From: an uncultured Pseudomonadota bacterium
Lineage (GTDB): Bacteria; Myxococcota_A; Polyangia; Fen-1088
Length of the DNA stretch: 64,000 bases
Reading direction: 5' to 3'
Assembly (NCBI GenBank): GCA_963847705.1
Contig: CAWKBC010000032.1
Span: forward strand, 160,001-224,000
The first letter of the stretch is position 1. The number at the start of each line of letters is the position of its first letter. The translations under genes were made by a program, and so were the position numbers. Shown here piece after piece: positions 36,052 through 45,880 of this stretch. The notes under the pieces are model-generated. The model searched no databases and had not been told where the DNA came from. It worked only from the letters and a program-made list of their open reading frames with translations.

Positions 36052-37029
36052 ATGATCGGGACCTCTGTCCGCCTGCTCCGCCTGCTCACGCTGCTCCAGT
36101 CGCGCCGGTCCTGGACCGGGGGCGAGCTCTGCAGGCGGCTGGAGGTCACCGCCCGCACGCTCCGCCGCGACGTCGATCGGCTGCGCAGCCTCGGCTACCC
36201 GGTGCACTCCACCTCGGGCGTGGCGGGCGGCTATCGCCTGGGCGCGGGGACGGAGCTGCCGCCGCTGCTGCTCGACGACGAGGAGGCGCTGGCTGTCTCG
36301 CTGGGCCTGCGCACCGCCGCCGCCGGCAGCGTCACCGGGATGGAAGAGGTCGCCTTGCGCGCGCTCACCAAGCTGGAGCAGGTGTTGCCAGCGCGCCTGC
36401 GCCGCCGGCTCGCCGCGCTGCACGCCGCGATCGTCCCGCTCGCCCGCAGCGGCCCCACCGTCGACGGGCAGACGCTGGCCACCATCGCTTCCGCCTCCGG
36501 CGAGCACACGCGGCTGGCGTTTGGCTACAAGGGCAACGACGGCGCGCGCACCAGCCGCCGGGTCGAGCCGGCCGGCCTGGTCCACACCGGCTGGCGCTGG
36601 TACCTGGTGGCCTGGGATCTGACCCGCGCCGACTGGCGGACCTTCCGGGTCGACCGCATCGAGGCGAAGGTCACGCCGGGCGCGCGCTTCTTTCCGCGCA
36701 GCCTGCCCGACGGCGGGCTCGCCGCCTACGTTGCGCGTTCAGTGTCGTCGGGCCCCTACCCCGTTCGGGCGCGCGTCCTCCTGCACGCGCCCATCGCCGA
36801 GATGGCGAAGCGAATCTCGCCGGCGACCGGGACGCTGGAGAGCGTCGGCCCGCGGTCTTGCCAGCTGCTCGCCGGCGTACCGTCGCTCGATGGCCTCGCC
36901 GTCTGGATGTCGACGCTGGGGATCGAGTTCGAGATCCAAGATCCACCAGAGGCGCGCGCGCATCTCCGCAAGATGGGCGAGCGGGCGCTGCGTGCCGCCG
37001 GTCTGCCGAAGCGGATCCGCCGACGCTGA
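36052..37029 (+). CDS. YafY-like HTH-WYL transcriptional regulator
   Basis: RTLRRDVDRLRSLGYPV, GGYRL and WYLVAWD…WRTFRVDRI motifs. Confidence 0.93.
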   Translation: MIGTSVRLLRLLTLLQSRRSWTGGELCRRLEVTARTLRRDVDRLRSLGYPVHSTSGVAGGYRLGAGTELPPLLLDDEEALAVSLGLRTAAAGSVTGMEEVALRALTKLEQVLPARLRRRLAALHAAIVPLARSGPTVDGQTLATIASASGEHTRLAFGYKGNDGARTSRRVEPAGLVHTGWRWYLVAWDLTRADWRTFRVDRIEAKVTPGARFFPRSLPDGGLAAYVARSVSSGPYPVRARVLLHAPIAEMAKRISPATGTLESVGPRSCQLLAGVPSLDGLAVWMSTLGIEFEIQDPPEARAHLRKMGERALRAAGLPKRIRRR

Positions 37030-37133
37030 CCGTGCGCCTCCGGCATGCTCTCGGGTTTTGCGGCTCTCAGGCTCGACGGGCACAAATCCTTCTGATATGG
37101 ACAGGATGTCGTTCGAATTGACGGGGGGGGATC

Positions 37134-39134
37134 ATGGCGGGACAGAGCTGGATCGCGTGGGGGATGCTCATGAGCGCAGGATTCGGGCTCAGATGCTGCG
37201 GCAACGGCCCGACACCAGGCTCGACCGGCGCGGCCGGAGCTTCGGCCGATGCCGGTCCCGCTCGGGACGCTTCGGCGAGCGCGGGTGCGTCGGGCACCGG
37301 CGCTGGTGGCCCGGTAGCCGGCGCGGGCGGCGCGGCGGCCGGCGCCGCTGGCGCCACCAATCCCGACGCTGGCAGCGTCGGCGGATCGGGCGTTGGCGCT
37401 GGTGGTGCAGCAGGCGGCCCGGCGCCAATCTTCGTCTCACCCGCGGCGAGCGTGTCCCCCGGCAGCCTCTGCGACGCGAGCGGCTGGTGCTGGTACGACC
37501 CGCTCCCCAGCGGCGACAACTGGCTGGCCGTCGCCGCCGCGGGCAGCTCGGACGTCTGGATCGGCGGAGACGGTCCCACCCTCCTGCACTTCGCCTCCGG
37601 TGCCTGGACGGCAGTGAGCTCCCCGCTGCAACGGACGGATGCAATTTGGGCCGCCTCCGAGAACGATGTTTGGGTGGGGGGAGCCGGCGCGATCGGGGCG
37701 GAGATCGGGCACTGGGACGGCCAGTCCTTCACCGTCGCGGCCAACTTCGCCAACGCAGAAGAGGTCCAGGGGATCTGGGGGAGTGGCCCCAACGACGTGT
37801 ACGCGATCAGTGGGATCGGCGGATACCACTGGGATGGCAGCAGCTGGTCGACCGTGGTGGATATTGGGTTCGAAAGCTCGTCGATTTCCGGCAGTGGCCC
37901 CGACGATGTCTGGATAGCCAACTTTGGCCTGCAGCACTTCGACGGAACGAGCTGGTCCACCGTGACGGGCGCACCGGAGGCCACGAGCGTCGCGGTGGCC
38001 GGACCCAACGATGTCTGGGTGGCGGCCACCGACGTCTATCATTTTGACGGGAGTGCCTGGTCCGTGAGTCTGGCTGTCGCGCTACCCTCGATCTCACACG
38101 TCGCCGTGAGCACCGTGGCAGTGGGAGCCGGCGGGAGCCACGACGTGTGGGCCGCTGGCACGAGCTTTGGAACGACGGACGACGCAGAGGGGTACCTTGC
38201 GCATTTCGATGGGACGTCCTGGACAGCGAACCCCAATGCGCCCACGCCGGTGAGCTTCGTCGCGGGGACTCCCACTTTCGGAGACTTGGCGGTGGGACAA
38301 GGCGGGGACATCCTCACGCTCACCTCGACGCCGACGGTCAGCTTTGCAGCCCAGCAGCAATACACTTCGCTGGTCATGCGGGGCGTCTGGGGCTCGTCGC
38401 CCGACGACATGTGGGCGGTCGGCGAGCAAGGGACCGTGTTGCACTTCGATGGCCAGTCGGTCGCCAAGGTCCCGACCACGGTCACCGCCAATCTGACCGA
38501 CGTCTGGGGCACCGGTCCGACCGACGTCTGGATCGTCGGCGAAGGGGGGACGCTGCTGCACTTCGACGGCCAGTCGCTCGCGTCGTTGCAGGCCGGGACC
38601 GCGGTCGATCTGGAGTCGGTGTTCACGGCGTCGTTCGACGACGTCTGGATCGGCGGTCACACCTCCACGCTCCTCCACTTCGACGGTGGGATCTTCCAGC
38701 CCCAGCCCCTGCCCGATCTCACCGCACCCTATGCCGTCTACGACATTCACGGACTGGGACCAGACGACGTCTGGCTGTCGGGCGGCGACGACCGGTTCCC
38801 CGGCAACTCGTCGAGCAGCTTCGTCGCCCACTTCGACGGCACCGCGCTCTCGACGACCATCGTCGACAACGGTTCCAACTACCAGATTCTCCGCGTCTGG
38901 GAGCTGGCCCCCGACGATGTCTGGGCCATGACCCATGTGCTCCTGTCCAATCTCGTCGGCTACTACCATTTCGACGGGACCAGCTGGTCCGACGCTTCGG
39001 GCCCCTCCTCACCCACGACGTTCATGTTCCCAGATCCGCAAGACTACGACGAGGGCGGCTACAGCTTCGTCTTCGGCCCGCACGACCGCTGGATCGTCGG
39101 TCCCTTTGGCGCCTGGCAGCGCAATACGCAGTAG
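37134..39134 (+). CDS. Secreted/lipoprotein beta-propeller repeat protein
   Basis: Gly/Ala linker followed by repeated WG(S/T)GP.DVW.VG…HFDG..W units. Confidence 0.8.
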   Translation: MAGQSWIAWGMLMSAGFGLRCCGNGPTPGSTGAAGASADAGPARDASASAGASGTGAGGPVAGAGGAAAGAAGATNPDAGSVGGSGVGAGGAAGGPAPIFVSPAASVSPGSLCDASGWCWYDPLPSGDNWLAVAAAGSSDVWIGGDGPTLLHFASGAWTAVSSPLQRTDAIWAASENDVWVGGAGAIGAEIGHWDGQSFTVAANFANAEEVQGIWGSGPNDVYAISGIGGYHWDGSSWSTVVDIGFESSSISGSGPDDVWIANFGLQHFDGTSWSTVTGAPEATSVAVAGPNDVWVAATDVYHFDGSAWSVSLAVALPSISHVAVSTVAVGAGGSHDVWAAGTSFGTTDDAEGYLAHFDGTSWTANPNAPTPVSFVAGTPTFGDLAVGQGGDILTLTSTPTVSFAAQQQYTSLVMRGVWGSSPDDMWAVGEQGTVLHFDGQSVAKVPTTVTANLTDVWGTGPTDVWIVGEGGTLLHFDGQSLASLQAGTAVDLESVFTASFDDVWIGGHTSTLLHFDGGIFQPQPLPDLTAPYAVYDIHGLGPDDVWLSGGDDRFPGNSSSSFVAHFDGTALSTTIVDNGSNYQILRVWELAPDDVWAMTHVLLSNLVGYYHFDGTSWSDASGPSSPTTFMFPDPQDYDEGGYSFVFGPHDRWIVGPFGAWQRNTQ

Positions 39135-39201
39135 CCACCTGACCACGACATCGCCGTCGAACGTGGCGTCGGGTGGGCCCGAGATCCATGCTCCGTTCCC
39201 C

Positions 39202-39615
39202 ATGAAGACAAACAAGATCACCGACAAGTGGGCCGACCGGTCGCCCGAGCTGCGCAGCGTCCTTCGCATCGTCGCGGCGTTCATCTTCATGCAGTTCGGC
39301 GCGGCCAAGCTGTTCGCGTTTCCGATGGCGCTGCTCCCCGGCGGCGGCACGGCGCGGTTGGCCTCTCAGCTCGGGGTCGCCGGCATCCTGGAGCTCATTG
39401 GCGGCGGTTTGGTCCTCATCGGCCTCTTCACCCGACCGATCGCCTTTCTGCTGGCCGGCGAAATGGCGGTGGCCTACTTCCAGGTCCACTTTCCGAAGGG
39501 CTTCTGGCCGGCCGCGAACGGCGGCGTGGCCACCGTCCTCTACTGCTTCATCTGGCTCTACATCTCGGCCGCCGGCGCCGGACCGTGGAGCGTCGACGCG
39601 AAGCGCGGGCGGTGA
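39202..39615 (+). CDS. DoxX family membrane protein
   Basis: LRIVAA, ELIGG.L..IGLFTR..AF..AGEMAVAYF and GAGPWSVD motifs. Confidence 0.92.
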   Translation: MKTNKITDKWADRSPELRSVLRIVAAFIFMQFGAAKLFAFPMALLPGGGTARLASQLGVAGILELIGGGLVLIGLFTRPIAFLLAGEMAVAYFQVHFPKGFWPAANGGVATVLYCFIWLYISAAGAGPWSVDAKRGR

Positions 39616-39624
39616 GCGCCAGCC

Positions 39625-41367
39625 TCAGCCGGCGTTCGGGGCGCCGTCCGCGATCCACTTGAGGAGCCGCTCGGGCGCCCAGGTGTTGGCCACCTTCGCC
39701 GGATCGACCCAGGCGCGCTCGGCGTTGAGCGCGGCGAAGCGGGCGCGCTCCAGCTCCTCGGCGCGGTGGGCGTCGCTGGTGAGCAGGAAGGTGACGTCGC
39801 GCGCGCGCGCGTGGCGAAGCGCCTCGACCGAGAGGTCGAGCCGCGGCAGCGCCCCGTTCACCTCCAGCGCGGTGCCGGTCTCCTCGGCGGCGCTTGCGAT
39901 GGCGTCGATGTCGAGATCGATCGGGGGGCGGCCGCCGATCATGCGCGCCGAGAGGTGGCCGATCATGCGCACCGCCGGATCGCGCATCGCCGTGACCACC
40001 CGGTTGGTCTGGGCGGCGCGATCGAGCTCGAAGTGGTCGTGCACCGAGGCGAGGCACCAGTCGAACCCGCGCCGGAACTCCAGGTCGTAGTCGAGCTCGC
40101 CGTTGGGACCGATGTTCAGCTCGACGCCGTGGAGCAGGCGCAGCGAATCGCCCAGCTCGGCCTGCATCGCCCGAAAGTGCTCGCGTTGCTCGAGGAGCCT
40201 CTCCCGGCTGACGCCCGACAGCGTCCCCTCGGCGTGATCGGTGATGGCCAGGACCCGGTACCCGCGCGCCTTCGCCGCGGCGACCACCTCCTCGAGCGGC
40301 GAGCGGCCGTCGCCCGAGACGGTGGTGTGGACGTGGAAGTCGCCGATCACCGGCGGCATCCGCGCCGGCAGCGCGCCCTTTTCGGCGGCCTCGATCTCGC
40401 CGCAGTCCTCGCGCAGGACGGGCGGGATGAAGGGGAGATCGAGGGCTTGGTAGATCTGCTCCTCGGTCTCGCAGGCGACCACGCGGCCCCCCTCGATCTC
40501 CGACAGCGCATATTCGTTCAGCGTCAGACCGCGCGCCAGCGCCCGCTGCCGCAGCTTGATGTTGTGCCCCTTCGAGCCGGTGAAGTAGAGCAACGCCGCG
40601 CCGAGCTGCTTCTCGGCCACCACCCGCAGATCGATCTGCGTGCCGCGCCGGGTGACGACGCTGGTCTTCGCTTCACCGCGCCCGAGCACCCGGTCGACCA
40701 GGCTCATGGAGCAGAGCGCCTCCATCACCGGCTCGGCGGCGGCCGCCGCGACCACGATGTCGACGTCGCCGATCGTCTCGGAGAACCGGCGCAGCGACCC
40801 GCAGGTCGACGCGTGCGTGACGCCCGGGAGCTCCCGCATGTGCGCCACGATCCGCTCGGCCAGCGGCAGCGCCACCGAGATCGGCGTGCGCTCCATCGGC
40901 CCCTGCGCCTCCAGCCGCGCCAGGGCCTGCGCCAGCTTCTCCTCGGACTTCTGGCCGAACCCCGAGAGCGCACGCAGCTTCTGCTCCAGCAGCACGCGCC
41001 GCAGATCCTCGATCGACTGCACCCCCAGCTCGGCCCGCAGCCGCTTGAGCGCCTTGGGGCCGAGCCCCTGGATCCGCAGCAGCTCCACCACGCTGCGCGG
41101 GTGCTTCTGGCGGAGGCCTTCCAGCTTCTCGACCTTCCCCTTTTCCAACAGCTCGCGGATCTTCTCGGCGGTGCTCTTGCCGATCCCCTCGATCTGCTGC
41201 AGCTCGCGCGCCGTCAGCCGTCCGAGATCGGTCGCCTGCGCCGCGATCGCCTGCGCGGCGCTCTCGTAGGCGCGCACCCGGAACGACTGGGGGTCCCCCT
41301 CGTCGAGCATGGTGAGCTCGGCGAGCTCGCGCAGCATGTCGAGCACGTCCTGCTTGCTGTCGGCCAT
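39625..41367 (-). CDS. polX: DNA polymerase X with C-terminal PHP domain
   Basis: FRVRAY, HhH motifs, GSLRR..ETIGDVD, YFTGSK.HN; PHP motifs HVHT, TDH and SDAH. Confidence 0.93.
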   Translation of the reverse strand: MADSKQDVLDMLRELAELTMLDEGDPQSFRVRAYESAAQAIAAQATDLGRLTARELQQIEGIGKSTAEKIRELLEKGKVEKLEGLRQKHPRSVVELLRIQGLGPKALKRLRAELGVQSIEDLRRVLLEQKLRALSGFGQKSEEKLAQALARLEAQGPMERTPISVALPLAERIVAHMRELPGVTHASTCGSLRRFSETIGDVDIVVAAAAAEPVMEALCSMSLVDRVLGRGEAKTSVVTRRGTQIDLRVVAEKQLGAALLYFTGSKGHNIKLRQRALARGLTLNEYALSEIEGGRVVACETEEQIYQALDLPFIPPVLREDCGEIEAAEKGALPARMPPVIGDFHVHTTVSGDGRSPLEEVVAAAKARGYRVLAITDHAEGTLSGVSRERLLEQREHFRAMQAELGDSLRLLHGVELNIGPNGELDYDLEFRRGFDWCLASVHDHFELDRAAQTNRVVTAMRDPAVRMIGHLSARMIGGRPPIDLDIDAIASAAEETGTALEVNGALPRLDLSVEALRHARARDVTFLLTSDAHRAEELERARFAALNAERAWVDPAKVANTWAPERLLKWIADGAPNAG

Positions 41368-41440
41368 GCCGGGGTTTTAACGCGAACCGCGCGCGGCGAC
41401 GGCGCCTTTCGTCCGAGCGCCGCCGCCGAGGGAGGTGGCG

Positions 41441-42055
41441 TTACTTCCTGGAGGTGGCGCTTCGTTTGCCGCGTCGGCCGGCCGGCGCCTGCGCCTCGAG
41501 AAGGATCTCCGCCATGGCGCGCGCGGTGCGGCTGGCGGCCGGGCCGCCGTCCATCGAGCCACCCACCGTGGTTCCGTCGTAGAGGAGCATCAGCTGGTCC
41601 GCGAGGCGCTGGGGATCGCCGGCCCCGGCGTCGCGCGCCAGCTCGGCGAAGAGACCGCGCGTCCAGGCGCGCTGGTCGGCGCAGATGCGCGTCACCTTGG
41701 TCTCCCCGCGCGGCCCCTCGGCGGTGGCGTTGAGGAAGGCACACCCGCGGAAGGTGGGCGAGGCGGCCAGCTCACCCATGAAATCGAAGATCGAGAGGAT
41801 CCGCTCCCGGGGATCCTCGTGCAGCGCCAGCCGTTCGGCGATGCGCCGCTGTCGCGTCTCGGCGCGCCCCTTCAGGTAGGCACGCACCAGCTCGTCCTTG
41901 CTGCCGAAGGTGCTGTAGAGCGAGGCCTTGGCGACGCCGGCCCGCTCGATCACCCGCTCGATCCCGACCGTGTGGACCCCCTCGGCATAGAAGAGCTCGT
42001 TGGCGGCGGCCAGCAGCCGGTCGTGCGCCGAGCCCTGCAACTTCGCGGTCGACAT
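41441..42055 (-). CDS. TetR-family regulator
   Basis: ELFYAEGVHTVGIERV…GVAKASLY..FGSKDEL; FRGCAF motif. Confidence 0.93.
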   Translation of the reverse strand: MSTAKLQGSAHDRLLAAANELFYAEGVHTVGIERVIERAGVAKASLYSTFGSKDELVRAYLKGRAETRQRRIAERLALHEDPRERILSIFDFMGELAASPTFRGCAFLNATAEGPRGETKVTRICADQRAWTRGLFAELARDAGAGDPQRLADQLMLLYDGTTVGGSMDGGPAASRTARAMAEILLEAQAPAGRRGKRSATSRK

Positions 42056-42066
42056 GCCTTGACTAT

Positions 42067-42112
42067 ACCGACCGGTCTGTTTATCGTCAAGTCACTAGAC
42101 AGACCGGTCTGT
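42067..42112. promoter_or_regulatory. Two TetR operator palindromes
   Basis: ACCGACCGGTCTGT (42067-42080) and perfect ACAGACCGGTCTGT (42099-42112) between the divergent tetR and MFS genes. Confidence 0.8.
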
Positions 42113-42141
42113 TTTTAATCGACCCAGCCAAGGAGCTCCCG

Positions 42142-43401
42142 ATGTCGACCCCAGCCACCGCCGCCGCCCGCGTCCCCGCCCCGCTCGTCCCCAGCCGTTC
42201 CCGCGCGGCCTGGCAGCTCCCCCGGCTCTCCAGGCGGGCCGCGTTCTACCTCCAGGCGTCGATCATCCTGTTCTTTCTGGCCGGCTCCAGCGCGCCCACC
42301 CCGCTCTACGCGCTCTACCAGGCCGCCTGGGGCTTCTCGCCCATCACCATCACCGTCGTCTTCGGGATCTACGCGCTCGCCGTGCTGGCCGCCCTGCTGG
42401 TGGTCGGCAGCCTCTCCGACTACGTCGGCCGCCGTCCCATCCTCTTCGCGGCCACCCTGCTCCAGGCGGTGACGATGGCGATCTTCGCCACCGCGCACGG
42501 GGTGGGGGCGCTGGTGCTGGCGCGGGTGGTTCAGGGGCTGTCGACCGGCGCCGCCGCGGGCGCCGTCGGCGCGGGCATGCTGGATCTCGATCGCGCCAAG
42601 GGGACCCTGGCCAACGCGGTCGGACCGATGCTCGGCACCGCGACGGGTGCGCTGGCCTCGGGCCTGATGGTGGTGTTTCTCCCCGCGCCGACCGTGCTGA
42701 TCTACCTGCCGCTCGGCGTGATCTTCCTGGCCCAGGCGGTGGGCGTCGCCGCGATGCCCGAATCGGTGACTCCGCGTCCCGGCGCGCTGGCCTCGCTGCG
42801 CCCCCAGTTTCACCTGCCCGCGCAGGCACGCGTGCCGATGCTGCTGGCGGTGCCGGCGCTGGTCGCGGCCTGGTCGCTGGTGGGGTTTTACGGGTCGCTG
42901 GGGCCGACCCTGGTGCGCCGGCTCGTCGGCTCGAGCTCGCCGGCGCTCGGGGGGTTGGTGCTGTTCGCCATGGCCGGCAGCGGTGCGCTCACCGTCCTTT
43001 TGACCCGCCAGCGCTCGGCGCGCTTTCTGACGCTGTTCGGAACCGCGACGCTCATGGCCGGCGTGGCGGTGACGCTGCTGGCGATCGCCCGCGCCTCCGT
43101 CGGCGTCCTCTTCGTCGGCACCGCCATCGCCGGAGTCGGCTTCGGCGGTACGTTTCAAGGCGCGATCCGCAGCGTCATTCCGCTGGCCGCCGCGCACCAG
43201 CGCGCCGGCGTGCTGTCGGTCCTCTACGTCGTCGCCTACCTGGCGATGGGTGCCCCGGCGGTGCTCGCCGGGCTGGGCGTCGTCCACGGCGGCGGCCTGC
43301 TGGTGACCGCGCGCGAGTACGGGCTGGCGGTGATCGCGCTGGCCGGCGCGGCGCTGCTCGGCACCCTGCTCCGCCGCACGACCGAGGCCAAGTCGTTGTA
43401 G
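42142..43401 (+). CDS. MFS transporter
   Basis: SSAPTPLY and GSLSDYVGRR (motif A); ~12 TM helices; AAGGAG RBS. Confidence 0.93.
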   Translation: MSTPATAAARVPAPLVPSRSRAAWQLPRLSRRAAFYLQASIILFFLAGSSAPTPLYALYQAAWGFSPITITVVFGIYALAVLAALLVVGSLSDYVGRRPILFAATLLQAVTMAIFATAHGVGALVLARVVQGLSTGAAAGAVGAGMLDLDRAKGTLANAVGPMLGTATGALASGLMVVFLPAPTVLIYLPLGVIFLAQAVGVAAMPESVTPRPGALASLRPQFHLPAQARVPMLLAVPALVAAWSLVGFYGSLGPTLVRRLVGSSSPALGGLVLFAMAGSGALTVLLTRQRSARFLTLFGTATLMAGVAVTLLAIARASVGVLFVGTAIAGVGFGGTFQGAIRSVIPLAAAHQRAGVLSVLYVVAYLAMGAPAVLAGLGVVHGGGLLVTAREYGLAVIALAGAALLGTLLRRTTEAKSL

Positions 43402-43410
43402 CCTTGGCGC

Positions 43411-44859
43411 GTGGCCCAGCAAGAGGGGAAGCAAGCGGCGAAACAAGAGGCGAAGCAAGCGGCGAAGAAGCCGGACGCCGCCGAGACCCTGACCGTCGCC
43501 GGCCGCGAGGTGCGGGTGACCAACCCGGGCAAGCCCTACTTCACGCGCGAGGCGAAGCTCAGCAAGTTGGACGTGGTTCGCTACTACCTCTCGGTGGCCG
43601 AGGGCGCGCTGGGCGGAATCCGCGATCGCCCCATCGTCCTCAAGCGCTTCGTCGACGGCGCGGAGGGTGAGGCCTTCTACCAGAAGCGCGCCCCCGACAA
43701 GCGCCCCGACTGGCTGCGGACGGTCACGCTGTCGTTCCCCTCGGGGCGGACGGCCGAGGAGGTGGTGGTCGACGACGCCGCCGGCCTGGCCTTCATCGTG
43801 AACCTCGGCTGCCTCGAGCTGCATCCGCACGCGGTGCGGGCGGGCGATCTCGACCACCCCGACGAGCTGCGCGTCGATCTCGATCCCGGGCCGGGCGTCG
43901 GCTGGGACGACGTGCGCCGCGTGGCGCTGGAGGTGAAAGCGCTGCTCGAGGAGCTGGGCCTGCGGGGGTGGCCGAAGACCAGCGGCTCGCGTGGGATCCA
44001 CGTCAATGCGCGGATCCATCCGCGCTGGAGCTTCGGCGACGTGCGTCGCGCCGCGCTGGCGCTGTCGCGCGAGATCGAGCGGCGGGCCCCGCAGATCGCC
44101 ACCTCGAAGTGGTGGAAGGAAGAGCGCCACGGCGTCTTCCTCGACTACAACCAGAACGCCAAGGACCGGACCACCTGCTCGGCCTACTCGATCCGCCCGC
44201 TCCCCGACGCGCGCGTCTCGGCGCCGCTCGACTGGAGCGAGGTCCCCGACTGCGACCCGGCCGACTTCACGGTGGCCACGATGCCGGCGCGCTTCGCGAC
44301 CCGCCCCGATCCGCACGCCGGGATGGACGCCGCCGCCGGAAGCCTCGACGGATTGCTCGCGCTCGCGGCGCGCGACGACGCCGCCGGCCTCGGCGACGCC
44401 CCCTGGCCGCCCCACTTCCGCAAGACCGAAGGGGAAGCGCCGCGGGTGGCGCCGTCACGCGCGCGCGGCGCCGCAAAAAAGAGATCCGCGGTGGCGCGCG
44501 ACGCCGGCGGTGAGCCAACCGAGACGAGGGCGGAGCCCGCGCCCGGGCGGCGTGCCTCGAAGATGCCGCTCATCACCATCGCGAACTCGCCCGACAAACA
44601 GGCGGCGCTGGAGGGCCTCGAACGTTGGAAGGCGAAGCACCCGGAGGCCGCGGCGCTGCTCGCCGTCGACGACGTTCTCATCGACGCCATGCGCGGCCGC
44701 TCGTCGACCTGGACGCGCGTCCGCATCAACCTCCGCCATGTCCCCGAGGGGACACGCCCGCCGCAGGAGACGCCCGACCCCGACGACGATCCGACGCGAG
44801 AATGGCGCCGGCGCTGGGCCGAGGCGCGGGCGCGCGGCGAAAACGATCCCGGCGCCTGA
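43411..44859 (+). CDS. LigD-type primase-polymerase (Prim-PolC-like) with C-terminal extension
   Basis: VTNP.K, FYQKRAP, DELRVDLDP, KTSGSRGIH and DYNQNAKDRT motifs; extra ~100-aa C-terminal domain. Confidence 0.9.
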   Translation: MAQQEGKQAAKQEAKQAAKKPDAAETLTVAGREVRVTNPGKPYFTREAKLSKLDVVRYYLSVAEGALGGIRDRPIVLKRFVDGAEGEAFYQKRAPDKRPDWLRTVTLSFPSGRTAEEVVVDDAAGLAFIVNLGCLELHPHAVRAGDLDHPDELRVDLDPGPGVGWDDVRRVALEVKALLEELGLRGWPKTSGSRGIHVNARIHPRWSFGDVRRAALALSREIERRAPQIATSKWWKEERHGVFLDYNQNAKDRTTCSAYSIRPLPDARVSAPLDWSEVPDCDPADFTVATMPARFATRPDPHAGMDAAAGSLDGLLALAARDDAAGLGDAPWPPHFRKTEGEAPRVAPSRARGAAKKRSAVARDAGGEPTETRAEPAPGRRASKMPLITIANSPDKQAALEGLERWKAKHPEAAALLAVDDVLIDAMRGRSSTWTRVRINLRHVPEGTRPPQETPDPDDDPTREWRRRWAEARARGENDPGA

Positions 44860-44895
44860 TCGGCCGCGCGGCGCGGCCGACGGACGAAGGTCCCG

Positions 44896-45771
44896 CTACT
44901 GGCCGGGGCGGTACCCTGGCGCCTTGGGGGAGGCGACGGTGGCCGGGCGAGCGGTCGGCGACGTCTGGGGTCTCGCGCCCGCTCTCGGCGCGACCTGGGG
45001 CGCCTTGGGACTGGCGAGCGCCACCTTGCGGATAACCGGCGGCGCCGGGGGAGGCGCGACCACCACCACCGGGCGAGCGGCCTGCGGCGTCCTGGCAGCC
45101 GCGACCACCGCGGGACCAGCGGCCGGGGGCGCTCTGGGAACCGCGATCACCGCTCTGCGAACGGCCGGCGGCGTCTTGGGGACCGCCACGGTCGCTCTGC
45201 GAACGGCCAGCGGCGTCTTGGGGACCGCCACGGTCGCTCTGCGAAGGGCCAGCGGCGTCTTGGGGACCGCCACCGTCGCTCTGCGAACGGCCGGCGGCGT
45301 CTTGGGGACGGCGACCGCCACTCTGGGAACGGCCCGCGGCGTTGGGGGCGCCGTCACCGCCGGCTTGCGAGCGACCGGAGACAGCCCGACCGCCGCGACC
45401 GGCAGTTCGTGACCGGCCGCCGCTGGCGGTGATGGCGCGGGCCTCGTGGTGCTCGGGACCAGCGCGCTCGCCGACGCTGAAACGACGGGGAGGGGCGCCC
45501 CATGCCGGGTCGAATGATGCTGGGTCGCCAGGAACAGGGCGAGCGGCAGCAAACCCACGCAGATCAGGACGGCCAACCGATGGCGCTCGACGCCCGCGCG
45601 CAGCCGCAGCAGCGCCTGCCGGAACGGCGTCTCGGCCCGCCACGCCGCCGCCACCTTGGACGCCGACATGGCCTGGCTCAGCCGTTCGCCTTCATCCAGC
45701 CAACGACTGATGAGCTCCGAGAACGGGGGGGCGACGGCGTCTTCGGTGAGCGCTCTCTCCTGGTCTTCCAT
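44896..45771 (-). CDS. Hypothetical membrane-anchored protein with basic Pro/Ala/Val repeats
   Basis: N-terminal ELISRWLDEGE, one TM helix, 14-aa repeats VRRATVAVPKTP(P/L)A. Confidence 0.55.
   Translation of the reverse strand: MEDQERALTEDAVAPPFSELISRWLDEGERLSQAMSASKVAAAWRAETPFRQALLRLRAGVERHRLAVLICVGLLPLALFLATQHHSTRHGAPLPVVSASASALVPSTTRPAPSPPAAAGHELPVAAVGLSPVARKPAVTAPPTPRAVPRVAVAVPKTPPAVRRATVAVPKTPLALRRATVAVPKTPLAVRRATVAVPKTPPAVRRAVIAVPRAPPAAGPAVVAAARTPQAARPVVVVAPPPAPPVIRKVALASPKAPQVAPRAGARPQTSPTARPATVASPKAPGYRPGQ
45152..45319 (-). repeat. 42-bp coding tandem repeat x4 (plus degenerate flanks)
   Basis: Units start at 45152, 45194, 45236 and 45278 (gctctgcgaacggcc…gaccgccacggtc). Confidence 0.9.
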
Positions 45772-45880
45772 GGCTCGACAGTCGTTAGTGCCGACAGGGC
45801 CGCGATCGGTCGCAAAAAAAACGCACCGGTGATGGCTGTCGCCGTCGATTTATGGCGGGGGCGCCCCGCGGCCCGCGAAA

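Noticed and set aside
45152-45319. 42-bp repeats as a CRISPR array
   Set aside because: Units are contiguous with no unique spacers, preserve a reading frame, and no cas genes are present.
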